Positions 1 to 9,037 of a stretch of DNA of 64,000 nucleotides are shown here, piece by piece. Position 1 is the stretch's first letter, and every line of letters begins with the position of its first letter. Under the pieces are notes generated by a model, which saw only the letters and a program-made list of their open reading frames with translations, was not told the DNA's origin and ran no database searches. A program made the position numbers and the translations under genes. Origin of the DNA: a virus; the IMG/VR virus record IMGVR_UViG_3300035670_000033, positions 64,001 to 128,000 of that record, one strand, 5' to 3'.

Positions 1-2
1 TG

Positions 3-206
3 AATCGTCTCGGGTCTAGTATAAAAGTTTCTCGCGATTTCAGACCGTGGATGATCAAGCGTGGTTTATCTGAGGCTGAGGTTATTGATTTTTTGTGTGA
101 TGCGCGTGACGCGATGGATCCTGACGCAAACTACATTATGATGATGCTTGACAGTCATTCTCTTGAAGAGTTGATTGTTGAGGGTTTGATTAGAATTGAA
201 GACTAA
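3..206 (+). CDS. Partial hypothetical protein (5' end outside window)
   Basis: Open frame from the window edge (NRLGSSIKVSRDFRPWMIKRG...LIRIED*), stop TAA at 204-206; read by hand, not in the ORF track. Confidence 0.6.
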   Translation, partial: NRLGSSIKVSRDFRPWMIKRGLSEAEVIDFLCDARDAMDPDANYIMMMLDSHSLEELIVEGLIRIED

Positions 207-976
207 TAGTTGGCGTGTGCGTCAACAAAATTTAGTACTCGTTCTGCTGTTGTCTCACCGTCTGTACCGGGATCGCTTTTTAGCCAGCGAATAAAGTCAT
301 ACCATTTGCGCTGTTGGTCAGGGCTGTCAAATACGAGCGTGTATTGAACGATCGTTTTGGATCCGTTCGCTACTACTGATGGCGCACCTTGAGTTACTGC
401 TTGGTGTGTGTCGGTTCCTTGTGGTGCGTTGAGAACTGTTTCTCCGCTTTCAAGTTGGACGCTCACGGCTTGTGGAGCCCTATTTTCCTCTTGTGTTAAT
501 GGTGTTATTGGCTGTATTACGGGAGCCTCATACGGTGCGTCGTCTTCTTGGTAGTAGTCGCCTTCCATGGCGGCTAAATCAAATTCATCCCAACCGAGGG
601 CATCAATAAGGTTGTCGTATTGTTCGCCTACTTCTCCTAGAAGTTCAAAAAGCATGTTGCTGTCTGTGGTGCCAAGTTCGTTTGTACGGTTGTCTGCTAA
701 CGCATAGGCGATTGCGCTTTCGGTGTCACCTTGGAATTTTACGCATGCGATTGTTTCCCAGCCAAGTTTTTTTGCTGCTTCGTATTGGTGGTTTCCCGCA
801 ATGATTGTTGATGTTCCGTCAGGGTTGTCTTTAATTACGATCGGTTTTACTTGCCCGAATTCTCGGTATGACGCAACGATCGCGTCAATGTTTCCTTTGC
901 GTGGGTTGTTTTCTAGGTGCACAAGTTTTTCTAGCGGTGTTGCTAGGTGTTCTATGCTTTTATGGATACCAGACAT
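203..976 (-). CDS. ParB/Srx N-terminal (ParB-like nuclease) domain protein
   Basis: NNPRKGNIDAIVASYREFGQVKPIVI...IIAGNHQYEAAKKLGW matches the ParB-N pattern; acidic linker and a small C-terminal domain follow. Confidence 0.8.
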   Translation of the reverse strand: MSGIHKSIEHLATPLEKLVHLENNPRKGNIDAIVASYREFGQVKPIVIKDNPDGTSTIIAGNHQYEAAKKLGWETIACVKFQGDTESAIAYALADNRTNELGTTDSNMLFELLGEVGEQYDNLIDALGWDEFDLAAMEGDYYQEDDAPYEAPVIQPITPLTQEENRAPQAVSVQLESGETVLNAPQGTDTHQAVTQGAPSVVANGSKTIVQYTLVFDSPDQQRKWYDFIRWLKSDPGTDGETTAERVLNFVDAHANY

Positions 977-1321
977 TTATGCTCCTGTTTGTATGCGAAC
1001 ATTGGCGTTCAGTGTCCTCAGTGCGTCTAAGGATGTTCGCACGGTCAAAAGTTTTTCTCGTTTAGATTTAACTAACGCTTCGCTAATCTTATACGAGTAC
1101 GCCTCGTCCGAAAGTTTGTAGTCCGCCCATGCTTCGCGTTCTTTGATGCTTCCTTTGGCGGCTAGATACTCTTTAGCCCAATTGCCTTTCATGAGCGCAT
1201 CTTTTTTCGCTGCGTCCACAGCAAGAACTTCAAAGGCTTCTGTTTCGTCTTCAAGTATGCCTAGTAATCGCATGATTTCTGATTCAATTTCCACTTGGGA
1301 TATTGGTTGTGACCTAGCCAT
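977..1321 (-). CDS. Hypothetical helical/coiled-coil protein
   Basis: 114-aa ORF tightly packed between RuvC and the ParB-like gene. Confidence 0.6.
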   Translation of the reverse strand: MARSQPISQVEIESEIMRLLGILEDETEAFEVLAVDAAKKDALMKGNWAKEYLAAKGSIKEREAWADYKLSDEAYSYKISEALVKSKREKLLTVRTSLDALRTLNANVRIQTGA

Positions 1322-1841
1322 TTTGTTCTCCTGTTATCGCAGTAAAGTCGCATTTTTTGAGCGCTGAAACCTGATCTTCGTTCCAATCGTATTGCGATAA
1401 TCCCAAATAAGTAAGTGTCATTTGTTCAAGAATCCAAGCATCACATCTGTCATTGCCATCACCGCCAGACCAGATTATCCCCGTTTTCGCAGAGATTGCT
1501 GACATCACTTCTGATTTACCTGAGTTTCCTTTTCCCGTAGCGAATTTGGCTCTACACGTTGGTGGTATGACAACTACAGGGATCCCTGTTTCTCGTAAAG
1601 CAACCCTGACAACACCGCCTAGTTCACCGATGGAATGTGCTTGAGAGTGCCTTGAGGCGTATGAGTAACCTTCTATGGCAACAATTTTTACTTCAGCCTC
1701 TTGGGCGAGTTTCATGATTTCGTTTCGTATTTCTAAAAGTCTCTCAGATCCTCTGTTTTTGGATTTTATGCTCGTTGTCAACCCTCCGATACTCACCCCC
1801 GTACTAGTGAGGGAGAGATCTAAACCCATGATATTCGCCAT
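1314..1841 (-). CDS. ruvC: RuvC-like Holliday junction resolvase
   Basis: IMGLDLSLTSTG, VAIEGYSY, ELGGVVR, KFATGKGNSGK, NRCDAWIL: RNase H-fold acidic triad of actinophage RuvC. Confidence 0.85.
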   Translation of the reverse strand: MANIMGLDLSLTSTGVSIGGLTTSIKSKNRGSERLLEIRNEIMKLAQEAEVKIVAIEGYSYASRHSQAHSIGELGGVVRVALRETGIPVVVIPPTCRAKFATGKGNSGKSEVMSAISAKTGIIWSGGDGNDRCDAWILEQMTLTYLGLSQYDWNEDQVSALKKCDFTAITGEQNG

Positions 1842-1882
1842 ATTTTTTAGGTTACTACAGTTTTTTGCACTAATATCTATAT

Positions 1883-2317
1883 GTGGTTAACAAAAAATCT
1901 GCACCTCAAAAACTTGTTGTTTCTATTGAACGGCAAGGAGCGTGGGGAGATGTTTCCTATTATCACAAACTTGAATGCGGTCATATTGAGGTTCGTAAGA
2001 GGGCTTCAACAGCACCACAAATCGCGTGTACATGGTGTGTGATCGGTGAGGAAAAAGGCAGGGAACTCAAGGCGTTAACGATAGTTCAGCCACCAACTCT
2101 TGAGGAGGTGTGGGATTTTTATGATGATTCAATTAACGAAGAAGTAAATGTTGCTCAACTTCGGGCTGGTATTGCAAGTTCTATAGGTTGTCCACAGGAC
2201 AGTGTTGAGGTTGTGTCCGAGGTCGGTGAGGACAATATTCTCCGTGTGAACTATGTGACAGTTTTTTTGGATATTGAACTCGCAAAGAAAATTGGAAAAT
2301 ACGAGAAAAACATTTGA
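1883..2317 (+). CDS. Hypothetical protein with a Cys/His cluster
   Basis: LECGH...CTWC possible Zn site; 144 aa. Confidence 0.55.
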   Translation: MVNKKSAPQKLVVSIERQGAWGDVSYYHKLECGHIEVRKRASTAPQIACTWCVIGEEKGRELKALTIVQPPTLEEVWDFYDDSINEEVNVAQLRAGIASSIGCPQDSVEVVSEVGEDNILRVNYVTVFLDIELAKKIGKYEKNI

Positions 2318-2738
2318 ACTGCGAGACAGCGGTTGTAGTGTTTGGCAAACAATAAACGACTTAAAAGTCAACTCGGGGGGGATTTTGGACACTCAAGATA
2401 TAAGCGACTTTTTTGATACAAGCAAAGCCGCGTGCAAGGGCAAGGACATTACTTTGTTCTACCCAAATCTTCCAGCAGGTCAGCATCGTAAAGATGTTGA
2501 AACGGCGAAACAGATGTGCAGTGAATGCGAGGTTATTGAAGGTTGTTTGGATTATTCTCTTCGTTACGAACCACTTGGGGTTTGGGGTGGTAAAAGTGAA
2601 ACCGAAAGAGAAATTTTGAGACGACAAAGGAAAATAACTTTGCCACTTGACCGAAGAGCATCACCTGCTGTAAGAAGATCGGTGAATGCTGGAAGAGTGC
2701 AGAGAATTATTAATAGATTAGACTCAGCGAATGAGTAA
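2274..2738 (+). CDS. whiB: WhiB-family Fe-S transcription factor (true start probably TTG at 2385)
   Basis: AAC...LFYP...AKQMCSECEVIEGCLDYSL...GVWGGKSETER: four Cys plus the GVWGG turn, basic C-terminal tail. Confidence 0.9.
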   Translation: MNSQRKLENTRKTFELRDSGCSVWQTINDLKVNSGGILDTQDISDFFDTSKAACKGKDITLFYPNLPAGQHRKDVETAKQMCSECEVIEGCLDYSLRYEPLGVWGGKSETEREILRRQRKITLPLDRRASPAVRRSVNAGRVQRIINRLDSANE

Positions 2739-4485
2739 TGTTTCTGTCCCACAGCATGTTGACAGGTTTCTTTCAAGGCTGAACGGTGTTCGCCCAACTA
2801 GTAACGGTTGGGAGGCTCGTTGCCCATGCCGCAACGATGACAATAACCCATCGCTTTCTGTCGGATTGGGTAACGAAGACAAAATTTTACTTACATGCCA
2901 TCGCGGTCAGGGTTGCTCTGTTGATCAGGTGTGTCAGTCGGTTGGTTTGAAATTGGCTGATCTTTATCCCGAGAAAAAAGAAGAACGAAAACTTTCACTA
3001 GTTGCTACATACGATTATCGCGACGAAAACGGAAAACTACTTTTTCAAAAACAGCGGTTCGTTGATCAGTGGGGGAAGAAAACTTTCCGACAGAGACGAC
3101 CCGACCCTGCAAATAAGGGTAAATACATTTTTTCCTTGGATGACACACCAAAAGTTTTGTATCGCTTGCCTGATGTTCTTCACGCCAAAAACAATGGGGA
3201 AGTAATTTGGCTCGTTGAAGGTGAAAAAGATGCAGACAATATGGTCGCCTTGGGCTTTTGTGCCACCACACCACCTAATGGTGCGGGTAAATGGCTTGAC
3301 ATACATACGCGCGCCTTGGAGGGCGCACAGGTATGGATTATTGCGGATAACGACAGTGTTGGCAGAGACCACGCCAAAATGGTCACCAAGACTTTGGAAC
3401 AAAATGGTTGCACAGTCGTTAGTTGGGTTCCACCGAATAACTTTAAGGATGTATCTGAACTTTTGGGTGCTGGTGGAACAATTGATGATCTAGTTGAAAT
3501 GAAAGACGCTGAGCCTTTGGCTGACATAGTTCAGCATGAGGAAGAGGAACAGCAAACAGATGCGATTGTTGAAGCGACAACGCCGTTGGTTGCGCTTGCA
3601 GAGAGACTTAATTCTTTGTTGATCAGGGAGGACATTTCCGAGAATGTTCGTCTAACGAAAGCATCAATGCTCATCGGTTCCTTTGGTCGTGAAGATGAAA
3701 TTGACAGGGGACGACTCGTCAACTGGTCTGAATTTTTGTTGGAGTCAGAGAACGAAGAATATGATTGGATCATCCCCAATGTTCTTGAACGAGGAGAGCG
3801 TGTAATCGTTGTAGCCGCTGAAGGTGTTGGCAAAACAATGCTTGCAAGACAGGTCGCGATTTGTAGTTCATTTGGCATCAACCCTTTCACTATGTCGCGC
3901 ATGAAGCCGATAAGAACTTTAACTATTGACCTTGAAAACCCTGAGCGAATTATTAGAAGAACATCTGCAAATATTATGGGCGCAGCACGCCATCTCGGAT
4001 ATTTGGATGGTGAACCTGAATGCCATATTTTGATCAAACCGTCAGGTGTTGATTTGATGCGTCCGTCGGATAGGTCAATTATTGAGGAAGCGGTTGAGAC
4101 CATCAAGCCTGATTTAATTTTGTTGGGTCCTATTTACAAATCTTTTGTTGATCCGGGTGGCAGGACTTCGGAATCAATCACTGTTGAAGTAGCGAAATAT
4201 TTTGACATGTTGCGTGATTATTACAACTGTTCGCTTTGGCTTGAACACCATGCCCCTTTGGGTACATCTTCCTCCACTAGGGATTTGCGACCGTTTGGTT
4301 CTGCCGTGTGGTCGCGCTGGCCGGAGTTTGGTCTGTCTTTGACTCCTGATCCAACGGCTGTGGGGGATTATGTTTATGATGTGCGACATTTCCGTGGCGC
4401 GCGAGATATACGGGAGTTCCCGACTAAAATGAGAAGAGGGAAAATCTTCCCATTTGAAGTTATTGAATTTATGAAAGCATCCTGA
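2731..4485 (+). CDS. DNA primase-helicase (Zn finger + TOPRIM + RepA/AAA_25-like helicase)
   Basis: RCPC..DDNNPSLS...CHRGQGC; WLVEGEKDAD and IIADNDSVG (TOPRIM); AAEGVGKT (Walker A), LTIDLEN, LILLGP. Confidence 0.85.
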   Translation: MSNVSVPQHVDRFLSRLNGVRPTSNGWEARCPCRNDDNNPSLSVGLGNEDKILLTCHRGQGCSVDQVCQSVGLKLADLYPEKKEERKLSLVATYDYRDENGKLLFQKQRFVDQWGKKTFRQRRPDPANKGKYIFSLDDTPKVLYRLPDVLHAKNNGEVIWLVEGEKDADNMVALGFCATTPPNGAGKWLDIHTRALEGAQVWIIADNDSVGRDHAKMVTKTLEQNGCTVVSWVPPNNFKDVSELLGAGGTIDDLVEMKDAEPLADIVQHEEEEQQTDAIVEATTPLVALAERLNSLLIREDISENVRLTKASMLIGSFGREDEIDRGRLVNWSEFLLESENEEYDWIIPNVLERGERVIVVAAEGVGKTMLARQVAICSSFGINPFTMSRMKPIRTLTIDLENPERIIRRTSANIMGAARHLGYLDGEPECHILIKPSGVDLMRPSDRSIIEEAVETIKPDLILLGPIYKSFVDPGGRTSESITVEVAKYFDMLRDYYNCSLWLEHHAPLGTSSSTRDLRPFGSAVWSRWPEFGLSLTPDPTAVGDYVYDVRHFRGARDIREFPTKMRRGKIFPFEVIEFMKAS

Positions 4486-4486
4486 C

Positions 4487-5137
4487 ATGGCTGAAAAAGG
4501 TTTAACTAGAGAATTCCTTGCCGAGCGTGACTTGCGTATTTTCAAGATGCGTCAGGCTGGTGTGCCAATCGCTGAGATTGCACGAAGGTTCGGGGTTGGC
4601 ACTTCTAATGTTTCTAACTCTATTCGCAGGCAACTTGGCAAGTTGAATCAAGAGGCTCTGCTTGCTTATCCTGAGGTTCTACAGATGGAACTTGAGCGGT
4701 TGGATGCGTTGCAGTCTGCGATCTGGCCGTTAACTCAGCACCGTAAACAGAAAATGGATGACGGCACAGAAGTTTCTATTGAGCCAGATATTAAGGCTGT
4801 TTCTACTGTGCTTTCCATTATTGATCGTCGCGCAAAGTTGCTTGGTATGGAACAAACAAATGTGAATGTTCAAATGGATGTTCGTGACACATCCCCGTTG
4901 CGTGCGGTGCTGGCTGGTGCGCCGGGTGTTGTTCAGGCTGAAAAGTTTGATTCCGAGGCTGAGGCGAAAAAACTTTTGATGTTGATGAGCGATGCGGGGA
5001 TTATGCCTCGTGAAACGATTAAAGAGTTGCTTGGTGATTTGTCTGCGTTGGGTGATGGCGAAGATGATATTCAGGACGCCGAAATAGTTGATGCCGACGA
5101 AACTGCTCTATCACAAAAAGAGATTGACACCATCTAA
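4487..5137 (+). CDS. HTH DNA-binding protein, possibly terminase small subunit-like
   Basis: MRQAGVPIAEIARRFGVGTSNVS (HTH); ELERLDALQSAIW...IIDRRAKLLG resembles actinophage TerS-like proteins. Confidence 0.5.
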   Translation: MAEKGLTREFLAERDLRIFKMRQAGVPIAEIARRFGVGTSNVSNSIRRQLGKLNQEALLAYPEVLQMELERLDALQSAIWPLTQHRKQKMDDGTEVSIEPDIKAVSTVLSIIDRRAKLLGMEQTNVNVQMDVRDTSPLRAVLAGAPGVVQAEKFDSEAEAKKLLMLMSDAGIMPRETIKELLGDLSALGDGEDDIQDAEIVDADETALSQKEIDTI

Positions 5138-5197
5138 TTTCATAAAACGATAGTTTCTTGCAGTTGATCGCTTGTAGAGATGGCATCATATATCTCT

Positions 5198-5353
5198 ATG
5201 ATTATCGCACTAATACTCACATTTACAGTTATTGTCTCCACTCATTTGTTCGTCATGGATTCCGTAGACAAGTTCAATGGCTACGGCGACGGTGGAGGAA
5301 GTTACCGCGAATGGATTGAGTTTGAAAAAGAGAAGAATTCAGTAGGTTTCTGA
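5198..5353 (+). CDS. Small membrane protein (alternative ATG at 5180)
   Basis: Hand-translated MIIALILTFTVIVSTHLFVMDSVDKFNGYGDGGGSYREWIEFEKEKNSVGF*; hydrophobic N-terminal helix. Confidence 0.5.
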   Translation: MIIALILTFTVIVSTHLFVMDSVDKFNGYGDGGGSYREWIEFEKEKNSVGF

Positions 5354-5402
5354 TTTTGGTTTTATAAATCACACCAAAAATCAGGTTTTAGGTTTTCTCC
5401 GA

Positions 5403-6035
5403 CTAGATATCGTCTCGGTAGAATATTTCAAAACCACAGTGCATTACTGCCGAAGCAAGTGTTCCAAAATATGTTTCTCTGTCTAGTGAATTGTCAATTG
5501 GCTCTTGATCTAGCCTCAGGGATGCTTTAAGTGCTGCTGGATACTCAATGTCTCTCATTGCTTTTCCGCCGTTAAACCAAAGAACATCACCGAAGTTCAC
5601 TTTTCTTCCCAGTTTCACCTTGTATGGCATTGCTACAAATATGTGTTGATCAACCGTGAGGTGTGTGAACGATATGCATTCTGTTACTGGTGAGTCTTTT
5701 GACGCAAACAGTTGTGCAAGGTTTTCTCCTTGTGTTTCTGCTGGGGACATAGAGCAGTAACCCTCGGCTGCAATCGTGAATTCGGTTATTCCCCAACCAC
5801 GGCGCATGATCACGGATGCCTCTATGAGTGATTCAATGCGCTCATCTTTTGGTGTAGAAAAAGTATTTTTGAGTTGAATTATTGTTGCCAACTCATTATT
5901 TTTCCACCCAAATATATTAATATTTAAATCTGAACCAATTCCTTCTTCTTCAATCAAAGAAGTTTTCGCGGTTTTTATTGACTCAGCGCACAACGCTATT
6001 TTGTCAAATTCCGTCTCATAGAAGCCTGTATACAT
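5403..6035 (-). CDS. Hypothetical protein
   Basis: 210-aa globular-looking ORF, no motif recognised. Confidence 0.6.
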   Translation of the reverse strand: MYTGFYETEFDKIALCAESIKTAKTSLIEEEGIGSDLNINIFGWKNNELATIIQLKNTFSTPKDERIESLIEASVIMRRGWGITEFTIAAEGYCSMSPAETQGENLAQLFASKDSPVTECISFTHLTVDQHIFVAMPYKVKLGRKVNFGDVLWFNGGKAMRDIEYPAALKASLRLDQEPIDNSLDRETYFGTLASAVMHCGFEIFYRDDI

Positions 6036-6075
6036 GTTAGGAAACCCTACTGCATATGCCCTCTTAAAAAATATA

Positions 6076-6117
6076 GGGGTTGCAGTTGATCGTAGTTTTT
6101 TGTACTAGGGTTTTTTT
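6076..6117 (+). promoter_or_regulatory. Putative late promoter GGGGTTGCAG-N20-TAGGGT, leaderless start
   Basis: TTGCAG 6080-6085, TAGGGT 6106-6111, ATG 6 nt later at 6118; same geometry at 51852 and 18021. Confidence 0.5.
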
Positions 6118-6435
6118 ATGTCATCAAAACAATCAAAGAAAACCAACAAGAAGAAGGCTCCTGTGTCCAACAAGAAGAAGGCTCCTGTCAAGAAGGCTGT
6201 AGCGAAGAAGGCTCCTGCAAAGAAGAAGACTTCCGCACCGAAAGCATCGGTCAGCGCAACATCCAAGAACTCTGATCTCCTTTTGACGAAAACGAGTGAA
6301 CCGAAGCCTCAGTTCGCCAGCGCAGATAAGTTAATGAAAACATTGGCTGAGCAGTCTTCTGTCGTTCGTGTAAATGATGTGAAATCTTTGCCTCTTCGCA
6401 AAAGAATGCTTGCGTGGTTTAAGATTTACAAGTAG
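6118..6435 (+). CDS. Lys/Ala-rich histone H1-like DNA-binding protein
   Basis: KKKAPVSNKKKAPVKKAVAKKAPAKKK, encoded by tandem aagaaggctcctg repeats. Confidence 0.6.
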   Translation: MSSKQSKKTNKKKAPVSNKKKAPVKKAVAKKAPAKKKTSAPKASVSATSKNSDLLLTKTSEPKPQFASADKLMKTLAEQSSVVRVNDVKSLPLRKRMLAWFKIYK

Positions 6436-6469
6436 TCTTATCCCCTGATGAGGGGTTCACGAAAGGACA

Positions 6470-7852
6470 ATGATGAGTGAGGCAAATAGCGGGCTGCCCT
6501 TGAATATTGACAAAAATATTCTTCTTGGTGATGTTCGCGAAACATTGGCTTCACTGGCGGACGGGAGTATTCACTGTGTTGTGACATCGCCTCCGTATTG
6601 GGGTTTGCGAGATTACGGAACAGCGACTTGGATTGGTGGCGATCCAAACTGCTCACACAAACGAGACAGCAAGTTCAGTGAGAGTTGCACAACTGGTCAA
6701 AAGTTGTTGGAAGGTGCTATCGGTGACGGCATCTACAAAGTTCAATGCCCTCGTTGTGGTGCAATGCGAGAAGACAGCCAACTCGGTTTAGAGCCGACAG
6801 TGGATGAATATGTTGAACACATGGTTCAAGTTTTTCGCGAGGTACGCAGGGTACTGAGAGATGATGGAACTCTCTGGTTGAATCTTGGTGATTCCTATGC
6901 TGGTAGTAATGGAAATGGATGGAAGCAAAGCATTGCTTCCACCAATGCTTCCAACGCTGGTGGAGAAAACGAAGATTTCAGAGCAAAAATAGGTCGCGAC
7001 GATGGTGATCTTAAACCAAAAGATTTGGTTGGTGTACCTTGGCGCGTAGCATTCGCGCTACAGGCGGATGGTTGGTATTTGCGTCAAGATATTATTTGGG
7101 CTAAACCAAACCCGATGCCCGAATCTGTTCGTGATAGATGCACCAAGGCACACGAATACATGTTTTTGTTGACAAAAAAGTCACATTATTTCTTTGATAG
7201 CGAAGCCATTAAAGAACCAGCAAAATATGCTTACGATGACAGGGGGTCTCGTGCGGATAGTCGTAAAGATGCAGGTATTTCAAACGCAATGCACGGGTCA
7301 ACTGGAGCCTTCAGGAACAAGAGGTCAGTATGGACTGTAACGACGAAACCATTCAAGGGAGCGCACTTCGCAACATTCCCACAGGATCTGATAGAGCCTT
7401 GTATCTCCGCTGGTACGAGCGAAATGGGATGCTGTGCTCAATGTGGGTCACCGTTGGTTCGGCAAGTGAACCGCAGGCGAATAGCCAGAAACGAACTATC
7501 AGTGGACGACCCTCGCTATCGTCCAAACAACTACGAAGGCGCGTATGGGGAAATAAATGGCAAGGGAGACGCAGGTTATTCTCAAACCGACACAATCGGG
7601 TGGGAAAAGGCTTGCAAATGCGAAACCGTTGAAACCGTTCCATGCACAGTTTTAGATGTGTTTTTTGGTGCTGGCACAACAGGTGTTGTAGCGCAAAAAT
7701 TGGGCAGATCGTATATGGGGTGCGAGTTAAACCCTGAGTATGCGAAAATTGCTACGGAAAGATTGGCTCATGAGAAAGAGAAAAATAGGCTTTTAGTTCT
7801 TGCGAGAGACAGCCAACAGTCTTTATTTGAGGTTACTTCTGACGCAGTTTAA
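6470..7852 (+). CDS. DNA amino-methyltransferase (N4-C/N6-A, beta-type motif order) with Cys-rich insertions
   Basis: VTSPPYWGLRDY (motif IV) N-terminal; IIWAKPNPMPESVRDRCTKAHEY; HFATFP; VLDVFFGAGTTG (motif I) C-terminal. Confidence 0.9.
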   Translation: MMSEANSGLPLNIDKNILLGDVRETLASLADGSIHCVVTSPPYWGLRDYGTATWIGGDPNCSHKRDSKFSESCTTGQKLLEGAIGDGIYKVQCPRCGAMREDSQLGLEPTVDEYVEHMVQVFREVRRVLRDDGTLWLNLGDSYAGSNGNGWKQSIASTNASNAGGENEDFRAKIGRDDGDLKPKDLVGVPWRVAFALQADGWYLRQDIIWAKPNPMPESVRDRCTKAHEYMFLLTKKSHYFFDSEAIKEPAKYAYDDRGSRADSRKDAGISNAMHGSTGAFRNKRSVWTVTTKPFKGAHFATFPQDLIEPCISAGTSEMGCCAQCGSPLVRQVNRRRIARNELSVDDPRYRPNNYEGAYGEINGKGDAGYSQTDTIGWEKACKCETVETVPCTVLDVFFGAGTTGVVAQKLGRSYMGCELNPEYAKIATERLAHEKEKNRLLVLARDSQQSLFEVTSDAV

Positions 7853-7903
7853 ATGTTGTATCATTTATTCACATAGCAATTTCTTTGACTTGGAGGTCAA
7901 TCA

Positions 7904-8335
7904 ATGTCAGCATCAGCACCACTTCTTCTCCCAATGACCGTTAACGGCACTGTTGCAACAACTTCAACCGTTGTTGTTCGCACGCCAGTTGCAGGTCGTG
8001 TCCGAGCAATCACGGTTGCCGCAGGCACCGCACCTGTTGGTTCGGTTTTGAGTGGAACAGTTCGCAAAGCAACAGCAGCGGGAACAGTAATCGGAACTTG
8101 GTCAATCGCAGCATCTGCAACTTCGGCAGTAGCGACAATGTCCTCAACTGATGGTGCAGATGAACTTGCAGAAGACGATCTCGTTCACTTGGTTGTTGGC
8201 GCAGTTGGTTCGGGAACCGCTGGTGCAAACTTGACAGCATTGTTGCAAATTGACCAGTCGGCAGATCAAGACGGTTCGGATGTTGTTTCAGTAGCAACAC
8301 TTCGTGGCAGTCACCCAGGTGGCGTTGTAGCCTGA
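7904..8335 (+). CDS. Probable virion structural beta-sandwich protein
   Basis: A/T/V/G-rich 143 aa (PVAGRVRAITVAAGTAP...DDLVHLVVGAVGSGTAGANL); preceded by TATCAT at 7859 and GGAGG SD. Confidence 0.45.
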   Translation: MSASAPLLLPMTVNGTVATTSTVVVRTPVAGRVRAITVAAGTAPVGSVLSGTVRKATAAGTVIGTWSIAASATSAVATMSSTDGADELAEDDLVHLVVGAVGSGTAGANLTALLQIDQSADQDGSDVVSVATLRGSHPGGVVA

Positions 8336-8368
8336 TAATTCAGTCAGTAAAAATTTAAACCCGACAAG

Positions 8369-8412
8369 TAGTTGATCCCCCACATCCGTGCAGGTCTGTG
8401 GGGGATCAACTA
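8369..8412. terminator. Perfect 16-bp inverted repeat, likely bidirectional terminator
   Basis: TAGTTGATCCCCCACA-N12-TGTGGGGGATCAACTA between convergent genes 7904-8335(+) and 8414-8779(-). Confidence 0.7.
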
Positions 8413-8413
8413 T

Positions 8414-8779
8414 TTACGGGCGTAGAACTGTTATAGCAACTCTGTTGCTTGCTTGTTGAAGCAAAGAAATGGCATCTTGCTTGGTGTGAGATATACACCA
8501 TTCTGCTGTTTCTTTTCCTATTACCATTTCTAGATATTCACAGAAGAACCGTGCCCTTCCACACATGAAGGGTGCTACACCGCTTTCTTCTGCGTCTGTT
8601 ACCCCTTCGGCAAGAAGTTTTTCTTTAGCCCCACAGGCAAGAAGTATTGCCCCCCATAGGTCTACTTCTTTCGTGTATGGGTCGTATGTTGTGTGGTTTG
8701 AGAATCCGTGTTTCTCTATTGTTTCCGCAGCCCGTTCGTACACATCGTGAGCACCTAGTTCTTTTAAGGTTGGGAACAT
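8414..8779 (-). CDS. Hypothetical protein (DUF6197-like pattern)
   Basis: VYERAAETIEKHGF...VDLWGAILLACG resembles a small actinobacterial/phage family; from memory only. Confidence 0.4.
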   Translation of the reverse strand: MFPTLKELGAHDVYERAAETIEKHGFSNHTTYDPYTKEVDLWGAILLACGAKEKLLAEGVTDAEESGVAPFMCGRARFFCEYLEMVIGKETAEWCISHTKQDAISLLQQASNRVAITVLRP

Positions 8780-9036
8780 TATTTTTTTGAGATACCTTTT
8801 TTATGACAAAGGTCAGCATATGCGTGATTCGGGCTTTCCCCTATACCGATTGACTGCTTGTACTCTTCGGTGAATAGATCAACGGCATCGCAGTCGTCAC
8901 CGTAAAAGTAATCAAGCATGGGTTCAGTGAATTCTTCGCATTCGGCGAATGCAAGCCACTTTCCACCCTCATATATCCCCCCATACCTCGCCTCCCTTAT
9001 GACGACGGGGTAGAGGGTGATAGGTTTTTGAGTCAT
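8779..9036 (-). CDS. Hypothetical protein
   Basis: Start re-assigned to MTQKPITLYP (ATG at 9036), immediately after the RNR stop. Confidence 0.55.
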   Translation of the reverse strand: MTQKPITLYPVVIREARYGGIYEGGKWLAFAECEEFTEPMLDYFYGDDCDAVDLFTEEYKQSIGIGESPNHAYADLCHKKGISKK

Positions 9037-9037
9037 T

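Noticed and set aside
203-976. ParAB partition system/temperate plasmid prophage
   Set aside because: No ParA or parS-like repeats in the window; both ParB-N proteins lack the HTH/dimerisation architecture and fit modification-associated ParB-like families.
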